The notes below the pieces were generated by a model that did no database searches, was not told the DNA's origin, and saw only the letters and a list, made by a program, of their open reading frames with translations. DNA of 64,000 nt from an uncultured Gemmatimonadales bacterium (lineage in GTDB: Bacteria; Gemmatimonadota; Gemmatimonadetes; Gemmatimonadales; GWC2-71-9). Below are positions 19,290 through 31,113 of this stretch, piece by piece. The stretch covers positions 8,028-72,027 of the forward strand of contig CAVPYI010000010.1 in NCBI GenBank assembly GCA_963709905.1, in the 5' to 3' direction. Numbering within the stretch: position 1 is the first letter of the stretch; every line of letters begins with the position of its first letter. The translations under genes were made by a program, and so were the position numbers.

Positions 19290-22050
19290 ATGACCGCACC
19301 GCTGGCCCTGCGGACCTGGCGCTTCGTGATCGCACTCCTGCTGGTAACGGCGGCCTCCGCCGCCGCCCAGCAGCGCGCCACGTCCCCACAGGAGCATTTC
19401 GGCTTCAACATGGGCGATGACTATCGCCTCGCGACCTACACCCAGCTCGAGGCCTACTGGAAGAAGCTCGACGCCGAGTCGGACCGGGTGAAGGTGATGA
19501 GCATCGGGAAGACCGCCGAGGGGCGCGACCAGTTGATGGCGATCATCACCTCGCCGGCGAACCACGCCCGCCTCGACGAGTACCGCGGCATCGCTGCGCG
19601 ACTGGCCCGGGCCGAGGGGCTGACCGACGCCCAGGCCCGCGCCCTCGCCCAGCAGGGCAAGGCGGTGGTCTGGATCGATGGTGGCCTGCACGCCACCGAA
19701 GTGCTCGGCGCCACGCAGCTGATCGAGCATGTCTGGCAGATGACCAGCCGGACCGATCCGGAGACGATGCGGATCCTCGACGACGTGCATCCAACTGGTG
19801 GTGCACGCCAACCCCGACGGCATGGAACTGGTCTCGAACTGGTACATGCGCAACCCGGTCGAGACCGAGCGCTCCTCCGGCGGACTGCCCCGGCTGTACC
19901 AGAAGTACGTGGGGCACGACAACAACCGCGACTTCTACCTCAACGCGATGCCCGAGTCCGAGAACATCAGCCGGGTGATGTACCGCGAGTGGTACCCGCA
20001 GATCATGTACAATCACCACCAGACCGGTCCCGCCGGCACGGTGATGTTCGCCCCGCCGTTCCGGGACCCGCACAACTACAACCTCGACCCGCTGCTGATC
20101 AACCAGCTCTCCCTGGTGGGCATCGCGATGCACACCCGCTTCGCCGCCGAGAACAAGCCCGGCGTGACCATGCGCGACGGGGCCAGCTACCAGACCTGGT
20201 GGAACGGTGGCCTGCGGACCGCCGCCTACTTCCACAACATCGTGGGCATCCTGACGGAGACCATCGGCAACCCGACGCCGATCTCGATTCCCCTGGTGCC
20301 CGGACCGGCAGCTGAGCACCGGCGACCTGCCCTTCCCGATCGCCCCGCAGGCCTGGCATTTCCGGCAGTCGGTGGACTACTCCATGACCGCCAACTGGGC
20401 CATCCTGGACCTCGCCTCGAAGTACCGCGAGGACTTGGCTCTACAACATCTACCAGATGGGCCGCACGGCGATCCAGAAGGGGAGCCAGGACACCTGGAC
20501 GATCTACCCAAGGATGTCGACCGGCTCAAGGCGGAGATCGCCCGGGCCGGCCGGGCAGGCCCCGGGCCGGCGGCGGTGGGCGGCGGAGGCGGCTTCGGCG
20601 GCGGGGGTGCGCCGGCCGAGATGTTCTCCGTGCTCCGTCAGCCCGCGGAACGCGACCCGCGCGGCTATGTCATGCCCTCGGACCAGCCCGACTTCATGAC
20701 CGCCACCCGGTTCGTGAACGCCCTCCTCAAGTCCGGGGTGGATGTCCACCGGGCCACGGCGGCGTTCAGCGCGGCGGGAACGCGGTATCCCGCAGGCAGC
20801 TACGTGGTCAAGTCGGCCCAGGCGTTCCGGGCCCACGTCCTCGACATGTTCGAGCCGCAGGACTACCCCAACGACTTCGAGTATCCCGGGCGGTCCCCCG
20901 CTCCGCCCCTACGACAATGCCGGGTACACCCTGGCGCTGCAGATGGGAGTGAAGTTCGACCGGATCATGGAGGGCTTCGACGGCCCGTTCCAGAAGATCG
21001 CCGGGTTGGTGACCGACGCCATTGCGTCGGGTGCCACCGTACCTCCGGGGTCGGCGTGGATCATCGACCCCGTGCAGAACGACGCCTTCGTGGCGGTGAA
21101 CCGGCTGCTGGCCGCTCGGCAGGCGGTGCGCCGGATGCCCGACGGCCGGTTCCACGTGTCCGGGTCGGGGGCCCGCGCCATTCTCCAGTCTCTTGCCACC
21201 GAGCGAGGGCTGACGGTGCAAGCGACCGGGGCCGCATCCGGCACTGCACTGCGCCCCGTGCGAGTCGGATTGTGGGACCAGTACGGGGGATCGATGCCGT
21301 CCGGCTGGGTCCGCTACATCCTGGAGCAGTTCGAGTTCCCCTTCGAAGTCGTGTATGCACCGACGCTCGACGCCGGCAACCTCAACCAGAAGTACGACGT
21401 GCTGGTCTTTGTCGGCGGCGCGATTCCCGGCATCGGTGGAGGTGGTGGGTTCGGCGGAGGCGGAGGGGGGCGGCAACGCCAACGCCGCCTCGGTACCGGC
21501 GGAGTATCGCAATCAGGTCGGCCGGGTGACGGCTGCCCAGACGGTGCCGAAGTTGAAGGAATTCCTCGAGGCCGGTGGCACGGTGTTCACCATCGGGAGC
21601 AGCACCTCGCTGGCCCAGCACCTCGGCCTCCCCGTGGGCGATCACATGACCGAGCGGACCCCGGAGGGCGTGATTCGCCCGCTGCCCGCCGACAAGTTCT
21701 ACTCCCCCACCTCGATTCACGAGGTGTCGGTGGATCCCACCACGACCGTTGCGGCGGGCATGGGCCGTCACGCCTTGGTCACCTTCAACAACAGCGAGGT
21801 GTTCACCCTGACGCCGAGCGCCATCGCCGCGGGAGTGCGCCCCGTGGCCTGGTACGACTCCGCCGAGCCGCTTCGGAGCGGGTGGGCCTGGGGTCAGACC
21901 TACCTGGAGGGTGGAGTGGTCGCGGCCGAGGCCAAGGTGGGCCAGGGCACCCTGTACCTCTTCGGGCCGGAGATCACCTTCCGCGCGCAGCCGCACGGCA
22001 CCTTCCGGTTCCTCTTCAATGGGATCCTCAAGGGCGCCGAGTCGCGCTGA
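19290..22050 (+). CDS. secreted M14 zinc carboxypeptidase family protein (frameshifted)
   Basis: GLHATE, NPDG, GHDNNRD, NHHQ; C-terminal glutamine-amidotransferase-like region ending FRAQPHGTF. Confidence 0.85.
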
Positions 22051-22069
22051 ACCACTCGTGCGAATGCAG

Positions 22070-22098
22070 CGGGGGCCCGGCAGCTTGCCGGGCCCCCG
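22070..22098 (+). terminator. strong hairpin, probable terminator
   Basis: cgggggcccggca-gct-tgccgggcccccg just after the stop codon. Confidence 0.7.
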
Positions 22099-22151
22099 TT
22101 GTGTCTTCGGAAGATGTGAGCCGCATCACTGAATCCGGCTCTGGTGTGACA

Positions 22152-22185
22152 CGAGGCACGCGTGTCGGATGGACACGGTGCCTCG
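22152..22185. terminator. hairpin in a convergent intergenic region
   Basis: cgaggcac(g)cgtgtc / gacacggtgcctcg. Confidence 0.4.
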
Positions 22186-22268
22186 ATACGCCGCGATGGC
22201 GGCAAGCGAGCGGGAGGAGCGACGAGCTGTGGGCTGCGGGGGGAGCGGAATCAGACCAGGCCGTGGGC

Positions 22269-22457
22269 CTAGACCGCGATCGGCTCCTCCACTTCAGTGC
22301 CTTCCTCGTCGTCCTCATCAATTCCACCAGCATCCATCAGCCGGGCGGCGAGCAGCGGCAACGCGGCAGCGAGCTCAGGGTCGAGCTGCACCAGCTGCGC
22401 AATCCAGCGCGACGCCAGCGGGGCGTGATGTAGGTGGTGGATGACGGGTTCGAACAT
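22269..22457 (-). CDS. small hypothetical protein with acidic tail
   Basis: MFEPVIHH...DEDDEEGTEVEEPIAV; gaggt RBS upstream. Confidence 0.5.
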   Translation of the reverse strand: MFEPVIHHLHHAPLASRWIAQLVQLDPELAAALPLLAARLMDAGGIDEDDEEGTEVEEPIAV

Positions 22458-22598
22458 GGTGACCTCGATCACCCCGGGATGGGGCCGAAACGGGCGTGGC
22501 GGGGCTCCCTGCCCCACCTGCCGATTCTGTCTTGCATAAACCGTTCCACAATCCCGGAGTCCCTGTCCCCCGACCCGACCCACACCGTTGCGGTGGTG

Positions 22599-23837
22599 CT
22601 ACAGGATCGCCCCACGTGCCGCCGCCGCGCCGGCGAGCCGACCGGTCGCCCAGGCCCACTGGAAGTTGTGTCCCCCGATCGGCCCGAAGGCATCGAGCGC
22701 CTCGCCACAGATGTGGAGCCCGGGGTGGCGTCGACTCTCCAGCGAGTGGGTGTCCACCTCGTCCAGGGCCACCCCGCCCCCCGTTACCTCTGCCTTGCGA
22801 TAGCCCTCATCCCCGCTCCAGGGCAGTGGGTACGCGGTCAACAGCCCGATCAGCCGGCGTCGGTCCTCGCGACGGAATTGGGCCAGCGGGGTGGCCGATT
22901 CCACCCCAGCCTCTTGGAGCAACATGCCAACCAGCCGATCGGGCAGGACGGCCCGGACCGCCGGCCCCACCTGTCCCCCACCGGTTCGCAGCCGCTCCTC
23001 CCATTCGGCGGGCCCCACACTCGACCAGCGCACCCGGAGTTCCTGCCTGGGTCCGCCCGCCAGTCGGCTCCGGGCCGCGAGGTGGGAGATGTCGAGCACC
23101 GAAGGTCCGCTCCAGCCCCGATGCGTAAAGAGGAATCCACCGTTGGTTCCGGCAGGATTGGTGGACCCAGGCGCGGCAATTCCTGCCACCAGGGAGATGC
23201 CAGCCAGCGCGTGGTGGGACGGACTGGACCCGACCAGCGGTGTCAGAGCCGGGTAGGTCTGGTGCTGGCGGATGCCGAGCGCGGCAAGCCAGGTCAGCCC
23301 CGCCCCATCGCTGCCGGTGGTCGGGACGGAGAGCCCGCCCGTGGCCATGATTACCCGCCCCGCCACGAGGGGCTCCCCACCCTCGATCGGCACGAGCCAG
23401 CGGCCGTCGCCCGCGGGGGGGACCAGTCCCGCCGCACGGACCCCGAACCGGATCTCGGCTCCGTGGCGCCTGGCGGCATCCATCAGCGCGTCCCGAACCG
23501 CCCGGGCTCGGTTTCCCGCCGGGAACAGCTTCCCAGTCTCGGGCTCCAGCACCAGCGGGAGGTGGAGTTCGTCCTCGAAGAAGCGCCGCTGGTCAGGCAC
23601 CGGCCATCCCCGCAGGATATGGCGCAGGAGCGGCCTCGGCGAGTCGGTGACAAATCGGTTGGGATCGGGTGTTCCGGGCAGGATATTGCAGCGCCCACCA
23701 CCGGAAATCAGGATCTTGCGGCCACCATCCCGGGTCCCCTCCAGGAGGATGACCTTGCCGTCCCCCCGGGCGGCATGGATGGCCGCCATCGTGCCCGCGG
23801 CGCCGGCGCCAATGACGACGACCGGCAGTGCCGTCAC
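22599..23837 (-). CDS. HI0933/BaiN-family flavoprotein
   Basis: GAGAAG, GRKILISGGGRCN, LFTHRGWSGP, VTGGGV, GGHNFQWA. Confidence 0.92.
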   Translation of the reverse strand: MTALPVVVIGAGAAGTMAAIHAARGDGKVILLEGTRDGGRKILISGGGRCNILPGTPDPNRFVTDSPRPLLRHILRGWPVPDQRRFFEDELHLPLVLEPETGKLFPAGNRARAVRDALMDAARRHGAEIRFGVRAAGLVPPAGDGRWLVPIEGGEPLVAGRVIMATGGLSVPTTGSDGAGLTWLAALGIRQHQTYPALTPLVGSSPSHHALAGISLVAGIAAPGSTNPAGTNGGFLFTHRGWSGPSVLDISHLAARSRLAGGPRQELRVRWSSVGPAEWEERLRTGGGQVGPAVRAVLPDRLVGMLLQEAGVESATPLAQFRREDRRRLIGLLTAYPLPWSGDEGYRKAEVTGGGVALDEVDTHSLESRRHPGLHICGEALDAFGPIGGHNFQWAWATGRLAGAAAARGAIL

Positions 23838-25426
23838 GGGGCGCTTTCGAGGTAGGTCAGCATCGATTCATGGGTCAAGGCGGCACGCAGGCTCCAGGCG
23901 TCCTCAAAGAGCACCAGCGGGTTGTTCTTGGCATCGTAGACGAGCAGGCGGCCATGGGCCCGGCCGACCCGCTCAATCTCCTCCTCGGGGCCTGTCACCC
24001 AGCGCGCCTGCGTGTAGGACATCCGTTCCAGCCGACAGGGAACACCGTACTCGTTCTCGAGCCGAAAGACCATCACGTCGAACTGGAGCACGCCGACGGC
24101 ACCGACGATCGGGGTCGGACCCGCCACCGTCTCGGTGTAGAAGACCTGGGCGGCGCCTTCGTCCGAGAGCTGCCGGAGCCCGGTGTCGAGATGCTTTCGG
24201 CGCAACGGATCGGAGACATAGATGCGCGCAAAATGCTCCGGGGCGAAACGGGGGATGCCGCTGAACTCGAGTGGACCGCGGGCCGAGAGGGTGTCGCCGA
24301 TCCGGAGCGTGCCCCGGTCCTGGATCCCGATCACGTCGCCTGGCCACGCCTCCTCGATCGCCTCGCGGTCGCGCGCCATCATTTGCTGCGGGGCGGTCAG
24401 CCGCAAGTTCTTGCCGGTCCGCACGTGCAATGCCGACATGCCGGCCTCGAAGTGCCCGGAGACGATCCGGACAAAAGCCAGGCGGTCCCGGTGGCGGGGG
24501 TCCATGTTTGCCTGGATCTTGAACACGAATCCCGTGAACGCCTCCTCCGCAGGCTCGATCGACCCTACGGTGGAGTCGCGTGGGGCCGGCGGGGGAGCCA
24601 GCTCCAGGAAGGTGCGCAGGAACGGCTCGATCCCGAAATTGGTCAGGGCACTGCCGAAGAACACCGGCGAGAGCTCTCCCGCCAGGAAGGCGTCGCGGTC
24701 GAACGCCGCCCCCGCGGTGTCGAGCAACTCGATATCCCCGACCAGCCGGTCGTGCGCCTCGTCGCCCAGGACCTCCCGAATCACCGGATCGTGGAGGGTC
24801 GCCCGCTGGACCTGCGCCCGCCGGGCGCCGTGGTCGGTGTCCCGGTCAAAGAGATGCACCTGTTCGTCCACCCGGTCGTAGACTCCCACGAAATGGGCGC
24901 CCCGGTGGATCGGCCAGGTCATGGGATAGCAGGCCAGGCCGAGATCTCGCTCCACATCGCTGATCAGGGTCAGCGGGTCGGCGCCGGCGCGGTCGCACTT
25001 GTTCACCAGGGTGACGATTGGGATCCGGCGGCGGCGGCAGACATCAAAGAGCTGGCGAGTCCGCTCCTCCACCCCTTTGCGATTGTCGAGCAGCATGACC
25101 GCGCTGTCGGCCGCGATCAGGGTACGATAGGTGTCCTCGCTGAAGTCCTGGTGACCGGGGGTATCGAGCAGGTTGATGTGGCGGCCCTCCCACTCGAACT
25201 GGAGGACGCTGGAGGTGACCGAGATGCCGCGCTGCTTCTCGAGTTCCATCCAGTCCGAGGTGGCATGGCGCTCCGCCCGACGCGCCTTGACCGATCCCGC
25301 CAGGTGGATCGCGCCACCATAGAGCAGGAGCTTCTCCGTCAGCGTGGTCTTGCCCGCGTCGGGATGGCTGATGATGGCAAAGGTGCGTCGCGCCGCAATG
25401 GCGGTCTGCAGGGCCTGTTCGGTCAC
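23834..25426 (-). CDS. prfC: peptide chain release factor 3
   Basis: RRTFAIISHPDAGKTTLTEK, DTPGHQDFSEDTYR, FKIQANMDP. Confidence 0.97.
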   Translation of the reverse strand: MTEQALQTAIAARRTFAIISHPDAGKTTLTEKLLLYGGAIHLAGSVKARRAERHATSDWMELEKQRGISVTSSVLQFEWEGRHINLLDTPGHQDFSEDTYRTLIAADSAVMLLDNRKGVEERTRQLFDVCRRRRIPIVTLVNKCDRAGADPLTLISDVERDLGLACYPMTWPIHRGAHFVGVYDRVDEQVHLFDRDTDHGARRAQVQRATLHDPVIREVLGDEAHDRLVGDIELLDTAGAAFDRDAFLAGELSPVFFGSALTNFGIEPFLRTFLELAPPPAPRDSTVGSIEPAEEAFTGFVFKIQANMDPRHRDRLAFVRIVSGHFEAGMSALHVRTGKNLRLTAPQQMMARDREAIEEAWPGDVIGIQDRGTLRIGDTLSARGPLEFSGIPRFAPEHFARIYVSDPLRRKHLDTGLRQLSDEGAAQVFYTETVAGPTPIVGAVGVLQFDVMVFRLENEYGVPCRLERMSYTQARWVTGPEEEIERVGRAHGRLLVYDAKNNPLVLFEDAWSLRAALTHESMLTYLESAP

Positions 25427-25568
25427 AGAAACTCCGGTACGAGGGACTGCCGGCCGGCAAATGCCTGAGGCCGCCCGGAAGGCGGCCTCAGGAGCCGGCA
25501 ACGCAGCGGGAATATAGCGTATCCGCCCTCTGGCGCGGCCCGCGTCTCCCCGGCATCTTCCACAGTTC

Positions 25569-26324
25569 ATGCCGCCTCACGACCTCTTCCTCGATCGCTC
25601 TGCCCGGCCGGTGGTCGCGCATCGCGGCGCCTCGGGGCTGCGCCCGGAGAACACCCTCGCCGCCTTTGCTCTGGCGGGGGAATTGGGGGCGGACGCCATC
25701 GAACTGGATGTCCGGGCCAGTCTGGACGGCGTGCCCGTCGTCCACCACGACCCCGATCTGGCCCGCACCTGCCGGAAGCCCGGGATGGTGCGGGACCACA
25801 CCGCCGCCCAGCTGGCGCGCGTCGATGCCGGCGACGGCGAGGGGGTCCCGGACCTGGCGACCGTGCTCGAGGCTACCGGCGGGATGCCGCTGCTGATTGA
25901 GCTGAAGGAGGCCGAAGCAGCGCTTCCTGTGCTGGAAGTCCTGCGGAGGTGCCACGCCGAATCCCGGGTGGTCGTCGCATCCTTTCACCAGGCGGCGCTG
26001 ACCCCACTGCGCGGCTCCGGGGTGCCGATCGGGGCTGCGCGGCCCGATATTGTCAGGGCCACGGTCGGTGCCGCCCTCGGCTGGCCGGCCGGCGCCGCGC
26101 CGTGCCGCTTCTATGCCGTTCCCGATCGGTACCGGGGCCGGATCACCGTCCCGACCGCTCGGTTCGTCCGGCGGGCCGCACTGCAGGGCTGCCCGGTCCA
26201 TGTCTGGACCGTCGACGACCCCGAACGGGCCAACGTCCTGTGGCAGCGCGGCGTATCGGGTATCATTACCAATCGCCCCGACCTGATCCTGGCCGCGCGC
26301 GACGGCCTCCGCACCCAACCCTGA
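25569..26324 (+). CDS. glycerophosphodiester phosphodiesterase family protein
   Basis: AHRGASG..PENT, ELDV, IELK, WTVD, GIITNRPD. Confidence 0.92.
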   Translation: MPPHDLFLDRSARPVVAHRGASGLRPENTLAAFALAGELGADAIELDVRASLDGVPVVHHDPDLARTCRKPGMVRDHTAAQLARVDAGDGEGVPDLATVLEATGGMPLLIELKEAEAALPVLEVLRRCHAESRVVVASFHQAALTPLRGSGVPIGAARPDIVRATVGAALGWPAGAAPCRFYAVPDRYRGRITVPTARFVRRAALQGCPVHVWTVDDPERANVLWQRGVSGIITNRPDLILAARDGLRTQP

Positions 26325-26333
26325 GGATTGTGG

Positions 26334-26714
26334 ATGAACGGCCCTTCCCGGACCCGGACCAAGCTGCTGGTCGCCGCGCTCCCCGTGGCCCTTTCCCTCG
26401 GTGGGTGCACGTCGTACCGCATCGAGACCGGCCCGGTTGCTCAGGTCGTGGCCGAACGGGAGCCCCGCTCGGTGCTGCTGATCCTGGGCTCCGACCGGGA
26501 AGTGGAGTTGTTCGGGCCAGTGGTGTCTGACGACTCGCTCCGGGGGCATCCGCGGGCGGAGGCGGTGCAGCGGGTCAGCTACGCCATCTCGGATATCCGC
26601 ACGATCAAGACCCGGCGATTCAACCTGGGCAAGAGCCTCCTGTATGTCGCGATCGCCGCGGGAGGGGTGGCGGTCTACGAGCTCCTGATGAGCCTCAACA
26701 GCACCGCGTTTTGA
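26334..26714 (+). CDS. hypothetical lipoprotein with C-terminal TM helix
   Basis: Lipobox LGGC; hydrophobic C-terminus. Confidence 0.65.
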   Translation: MNGPSRTRTKLLVAALPVALSLGGCTSYRIETGPVAQVVAEREPRSVLLILGSDREVELFGPVVSDDSLRGHPRAEAVQRVSYAISDIRTIKTRRFNLGKSLLYVAIAAGGVAVYELLMSLNSTAF

Positions 26715-26775
26715 GCGTATAGTCTAAGGGGACCTTCACTCACCCCCCGTCTCGACCCCACCTTGAGGAGACCCC

Positions 26776-27787
26776 ATGCACCGATTCTCCCTCCTGCTGA
26801 TTGGAGTGGCCGCCGCACCCGCTCCGTTGATGGCCCAGACACCGTCGGACACCATCGCCATCCGCGAGTGGACCGTGCCATGGGAAGGCACCCGCCCACG
26901 CGACCCCTCAGTGGATCCGCAGGGCCGGATCTGGTTCGTGGGCCAGTCCGGCAACTACGTGGCCCGATTCGACCTGACCACCGAGAAGTTCGAGCGATTC
27001 GAGATCGAACCCGGCACGAACCCCCACACCGTGGTGGTCGATCGTACCGGGAACGCCTGGTACACCGGCAACCGGAACGGCCGCCTCGGTCGGATCGACG
27101 CGCGGACCGGCGAGATCAAGACCTTCATGATGCCCGACCCCACCGCCCGCGATCCGCACACGATCGCGTTCAATGCCGGCGGGGAGATCTGGTTCACGCT
27201 CCAGAACAGCAACATGGTGGGCCGGTTCAACCCCGCCGACGGCCAGACGCGCCTGGTCACGATGAAGACCCCGCGCTCAAGGCCCTACGGGATCGTGGTG
27301 GACAGGAACAACATCCCCTGGTACGACATGTTCGGCACCAACAAGATCGGCACCATCGATCCCGCCACCATGGAGCCGCGGGAGATCACCCTGCCCTGGG
27401 CCGATGCCCGGCCCCGCCGGATCGCGCTGACGTCGGACGGCACCGTGTGGTATGGCGACTATGTCCGCGGCACGCTCGGTCGCCTCAACCCGATCACCGG
27501 CAAGGTGGATGGAATTCCCCCTGCCCGCGGGGCGCACCAGCCTCCCCTATGCCATCATGTCCGACGATCAGGACCGAATCTGGGTGGTGGAGACGGGGAT
27601 CCAGCCCAACCGATTCGTGGGCTTCGATGCCAAGACCGAGAAGATCATCAGCATCACCCCGGTACCGGGCGGTGCCGGGACGATCCGGCACATGGAATTC
27701 GACCCCCGAACCGGCCGGATCTGGTTCGGCACCGACAACAACACCATTGGGTACGCACAGGTCCGCCCGCCCCGCCTGCAGCCCTGA
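26776..27787 (+). CDS. secreted virginiamycin B lyase (Vgb)-family beta-propeller (frameshift near 27510)
   Basis: Repeated RPRDP/PHT/PYGI...G.IWF blades; signal peptide. Confidence 0.85.
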
Positions 27788-27950
27788 TCGCCAGCGTCCG
27801 AAACGCTACCCGTACCGACTCCGGCCGCCCCGACACGGGGTGGCCGTTGCCGTTTTGGCCCGGATTGGTGATTACTCATGGGTCCACTGCGCCACCCAAC
27901 TCCCCCGTCCCCGCCGTGTGCGGTCCGTCTGGACGCCACCAAGGAGCTCC

Positions 27951-29359
27951 GTGTCTACCCTCTCGTTCTTCGATTCGGTCAACAAGGTCGTCGACAAGGC
28001 CGCCACCCATACCAAGCACCCCAAGGGGTTGATCGAGCAGATCAAGGCCGTCAATTCCGTCTACCGCGTCAGTTTCCCGCTCCGCCGCGACAACGGTGAT
28101 CTCGAGATCATCTCCGCCTGGCGCGCCCAGCACAGCCACCACCGCTCACCGACCAAGGGTGGCATCCGCTACGCGCCGAACGTCAACGAGGATGAGGTGC
28201 AGGCGCTCGCGGCCCTGATGAGCTACAAGTGCGCCGTCGTGGATGTGCCGTTCGGCGGGGCAAAGGGCGGCATCCGGATCGACCCGCAAGTACTCGCAGT
28301 CCGAGCTGGAACGGATCACCCGGCGCTACACCTTCGAACTGGTGCGCAAGAACTTCATCGGCCCCGGCATCGACGTCCCGGCACCGGACTACGGCACCGG
28401 CCCCCAGGAGATGACCTGGGTGGTGGACACCTACCAGCAGATCCGGACCGACGAGCTCAACGCCGTGGCCTGTGTCACCGGCAAGCCGGTGACACAGGGG
28501 GGCATTCGCGGCCGCAACGAGGCCACTGGCCGGGGCGTCTTCTTCGGACTCAAGGAGCTCTGCGCCGACGCGGAACTCATGAAGTCGTTCGGCCTGACCG
28601 CGGGTCTGGAGGGGAAGCGGATCGTGGTTCAGGGGCTCGGCAATGTCGGCTACCACGCCGCCAAGTTCTGCTGTGAGGGTGGTGCCATCCTGGTGGGGAT
28701 CTCGGAGCGCGAAGGCGCGATCTCCGCGCCGGATGGTATGGACTTGGAGGCAGTCATGGCCCATCGGCGGGAGACCGGTTCGATCATCGGAACCCCAGGC
28801 ACGACCGCCCTTCCTGATCGGGCCGCCGGCCTGGAGTTGCCCTGCGACATCCTGATCCCGGCGGCCTTGGAGCAACAGATCACCAAGGAAAACGCACCGC
28901 GGATCCAGGCCAGGATCATCGGCGAGGGCGCCAACGGTCCGACCACCCCGGACGCCGATGCGATTCTGGCCACCCGCGGCGTGCTGGTGGTGCCGGATAT
29001 CTTCCTCAATGCAGGCGGCGTCACGGTCTCCTACTTCGAGTGGCTCAAGAACCTCTCGCACGTGCGATTCGGCCGGATGGAGAAGCGATTTGAGGAGGGG
29101 GTGTACACCCGACTCGTGGCGGCGATCGAATCCACCACCGGCAAGGCGTTCAGCGCCGCCGACCGGCGGCGGCTGTCGCAGGGTGCCGGCGAGGAGGACA
29201 TCGTCAACAGCGGCCTCGAGGAGACGATGATCGTCGGCTGGCAGACCTTGCGCGAGACCCAGCTCAAGGTCGGCGGCATCGACGCTCGCGACCGCCGCGT
29301 TCGTCACCGCCATCAACAAGATCGCCATCTCCTACGACGACCGGGGCATCTTCCCGTGA
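27951..29359 (+). CDS. gdhA: Glu/Leu/Phe/Val dehydrogenase, probably glutamate dehydrogenase (frameshifted)
   Basis: [53 protein letters not shown]. Confidence 0.9.
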
Positions 29360-30763
29360 GCCCACGCAGGATGGTGGTGGGGCTCGCGGTCGTGGTCCTC
29401 ATCTCCGGCGCCGACCCGGCCGCCGCGCAGGGGGCCCCGGACTTCACGCCACTCGACAGCCTGGTCCGGGCGGAACTGGCGCGAAGCGGTACGCCCGGCG
29501 CCTCGGTGGCGGTGGTCGCGAACGGCCGAATCGTCTATGCGAAGGGATTCGGCGTCGCCGATGTCGAGCGGGGCGATCCCGTCACCACCGAGACGCTGTT
29601 CCGGGTCGGGTCGGTTACCAAGATGTTCACCGGCGCCCTGCTTGCCCAGTTGGCCGAACTCGGCCGGATCGACCTGCAGGCACCGATCAGCCGCTACGTG
29701 CCCGAGCTCGAGGGGAAGCGGGTCGGCACCGTCACCAGTCACCAGCTGCTGACACACACGGCTGGGTGGCTCGACAACGCCGTCCCCTACGGTCGCATGG
29801 GCGAGAGTGCCCTCGGCGAAGTGATGCGTGAGGTCACCGACACCCTCTTCCTGACCGACCCCGGGCAGGTCCTCTCCTATTCGAATCCCGGCTACTCGAT
29901 GCTCGGTTACGTCGCCGAGCGGGCCGGGGGCAAGCGGTACGCCGCACTTGATGGATGAACTCGTCCTGCGGGCCTGCCGGGATGACCCGATCGACGTTCA
30001 AGCCGCTGGTCGCGATGACGACGCCGTTCTCGCAGGGTCATCAAGGGCCGCCACCGGGACAGCCCGCAGCGGTGGTCCGGCCCTTCACCGAGAACACCGC
30101 CCAGTGGGGAGCGGGGTTCCTGATGTCGACGGCCACCGAGCTGGCCCAGTTTGCCCAGGTGGTCATGGCCAACGGAAAAGGGGCCAGCGGCACCAGCGGT
30201 GCTGGCACCTGCGCGCAGTCCAGCGCATGACGACCGGTCACGTGGTCGTGCCCGGACAGGAGGCGACCGGGGGTCGTTACGGCTACGGGCTGATCGTCGG
30301 GCATCGCGGCGCCCTGGCCACCCTCCAGCACGGTGGCGCCATCAACGGGTTCCAGTCCAACGTGGTCATGGTGCCTGAGCGTGGATTCGCCGTGATCATC
30401 CTGACCAACCGCGCCGGGAGCCAGCTGCCCGGCGTGGCCGACCGGGCAGCCGAGTTGGTGCTGGGCGCACTGCCACCGCGACCGGAGCCGCCAACCGGGC
30501 GGGACGCGACCCCGAGCGAGATCGCCGCGCTGGTGGGCACCTATGCGGTTGGATCCACCAGCCTCGAATTCATGGATCGACGGGGGCAGCTGGTTTTCAG
30601 GCAGGGAGCCGCTGAGTTGCCGGCTCGAATCTATGGTGCCCACCACGTCGGGCTCACACCTCCGGGCGCCGCCACCCCCGTGCTCCTGGCAATGGTGCCC
30701 GGCCCGGATGGTCGAATCGCCTACCTGCACCAGGGACTCCGCGCCATCCCCCGGGTGCCCTGA
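29356..30763 (+). CDS. serine hydrolase, beta-lactamase class C-like (frameshifted)
   Basis: SVTK, LLTHTAG, YSN, HGG motifs. Confidence 0.85.
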
Positions 30764-30881
30764 GCCCTTCCCCCTTGCTCGCCAGCGAGTCTGGCAGCAG
30801 TATTGAGCAACCCTACTTCACGGGTACTGCGCGTGATCTCCTGACGCGACTTCTTTTTGTATCAAATTGGCATCGCCGTGT

Positions 30882-30898
30882 CGTGTCACTCTGACACG
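30882..30898. promoter_or_regulatory. palindromic operator candidate upstream of susC
   Basis: CGTGTCA-ctc-TGACACG, a perfect 7-3-7 inverted repeat. Confidence 0.4.
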
Positions 30899-31113
30899 CG
30901 CGCTCCCTCGCCCCTCTCGGGGGGGACATTGTAGAACAACAACTTGCCGACCTATCTCGGCTTGGCACGGGATATGTCTCTGGCTGAGTTCGACGGTGCG
31001 TTTCGGACCCGCAGTACGGCTTTGGTCGATAGGTGCTGGTGGCAGGCAAGCACGGTTCGTTCGTTCGCTGAGCAGACCCGGTAGGTACCAACTTTCACCT
31101 CGTAGGAGGACCC

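Noticed and set aside
23828-25468. Long antisense ORFs here and at 8391-10181, 35675-37099, 40866-42641 and 58602-60245
   Set aside because: Typical high-GC shadows opposite well-supported genes, with no motifs of their own.
26776-27787. Streptogramin resistance gene vgb
   Set aside because: Family-level similarity only. It has a signal peptide and a chromosomal, non-mobile context, so resistance is unsupported.
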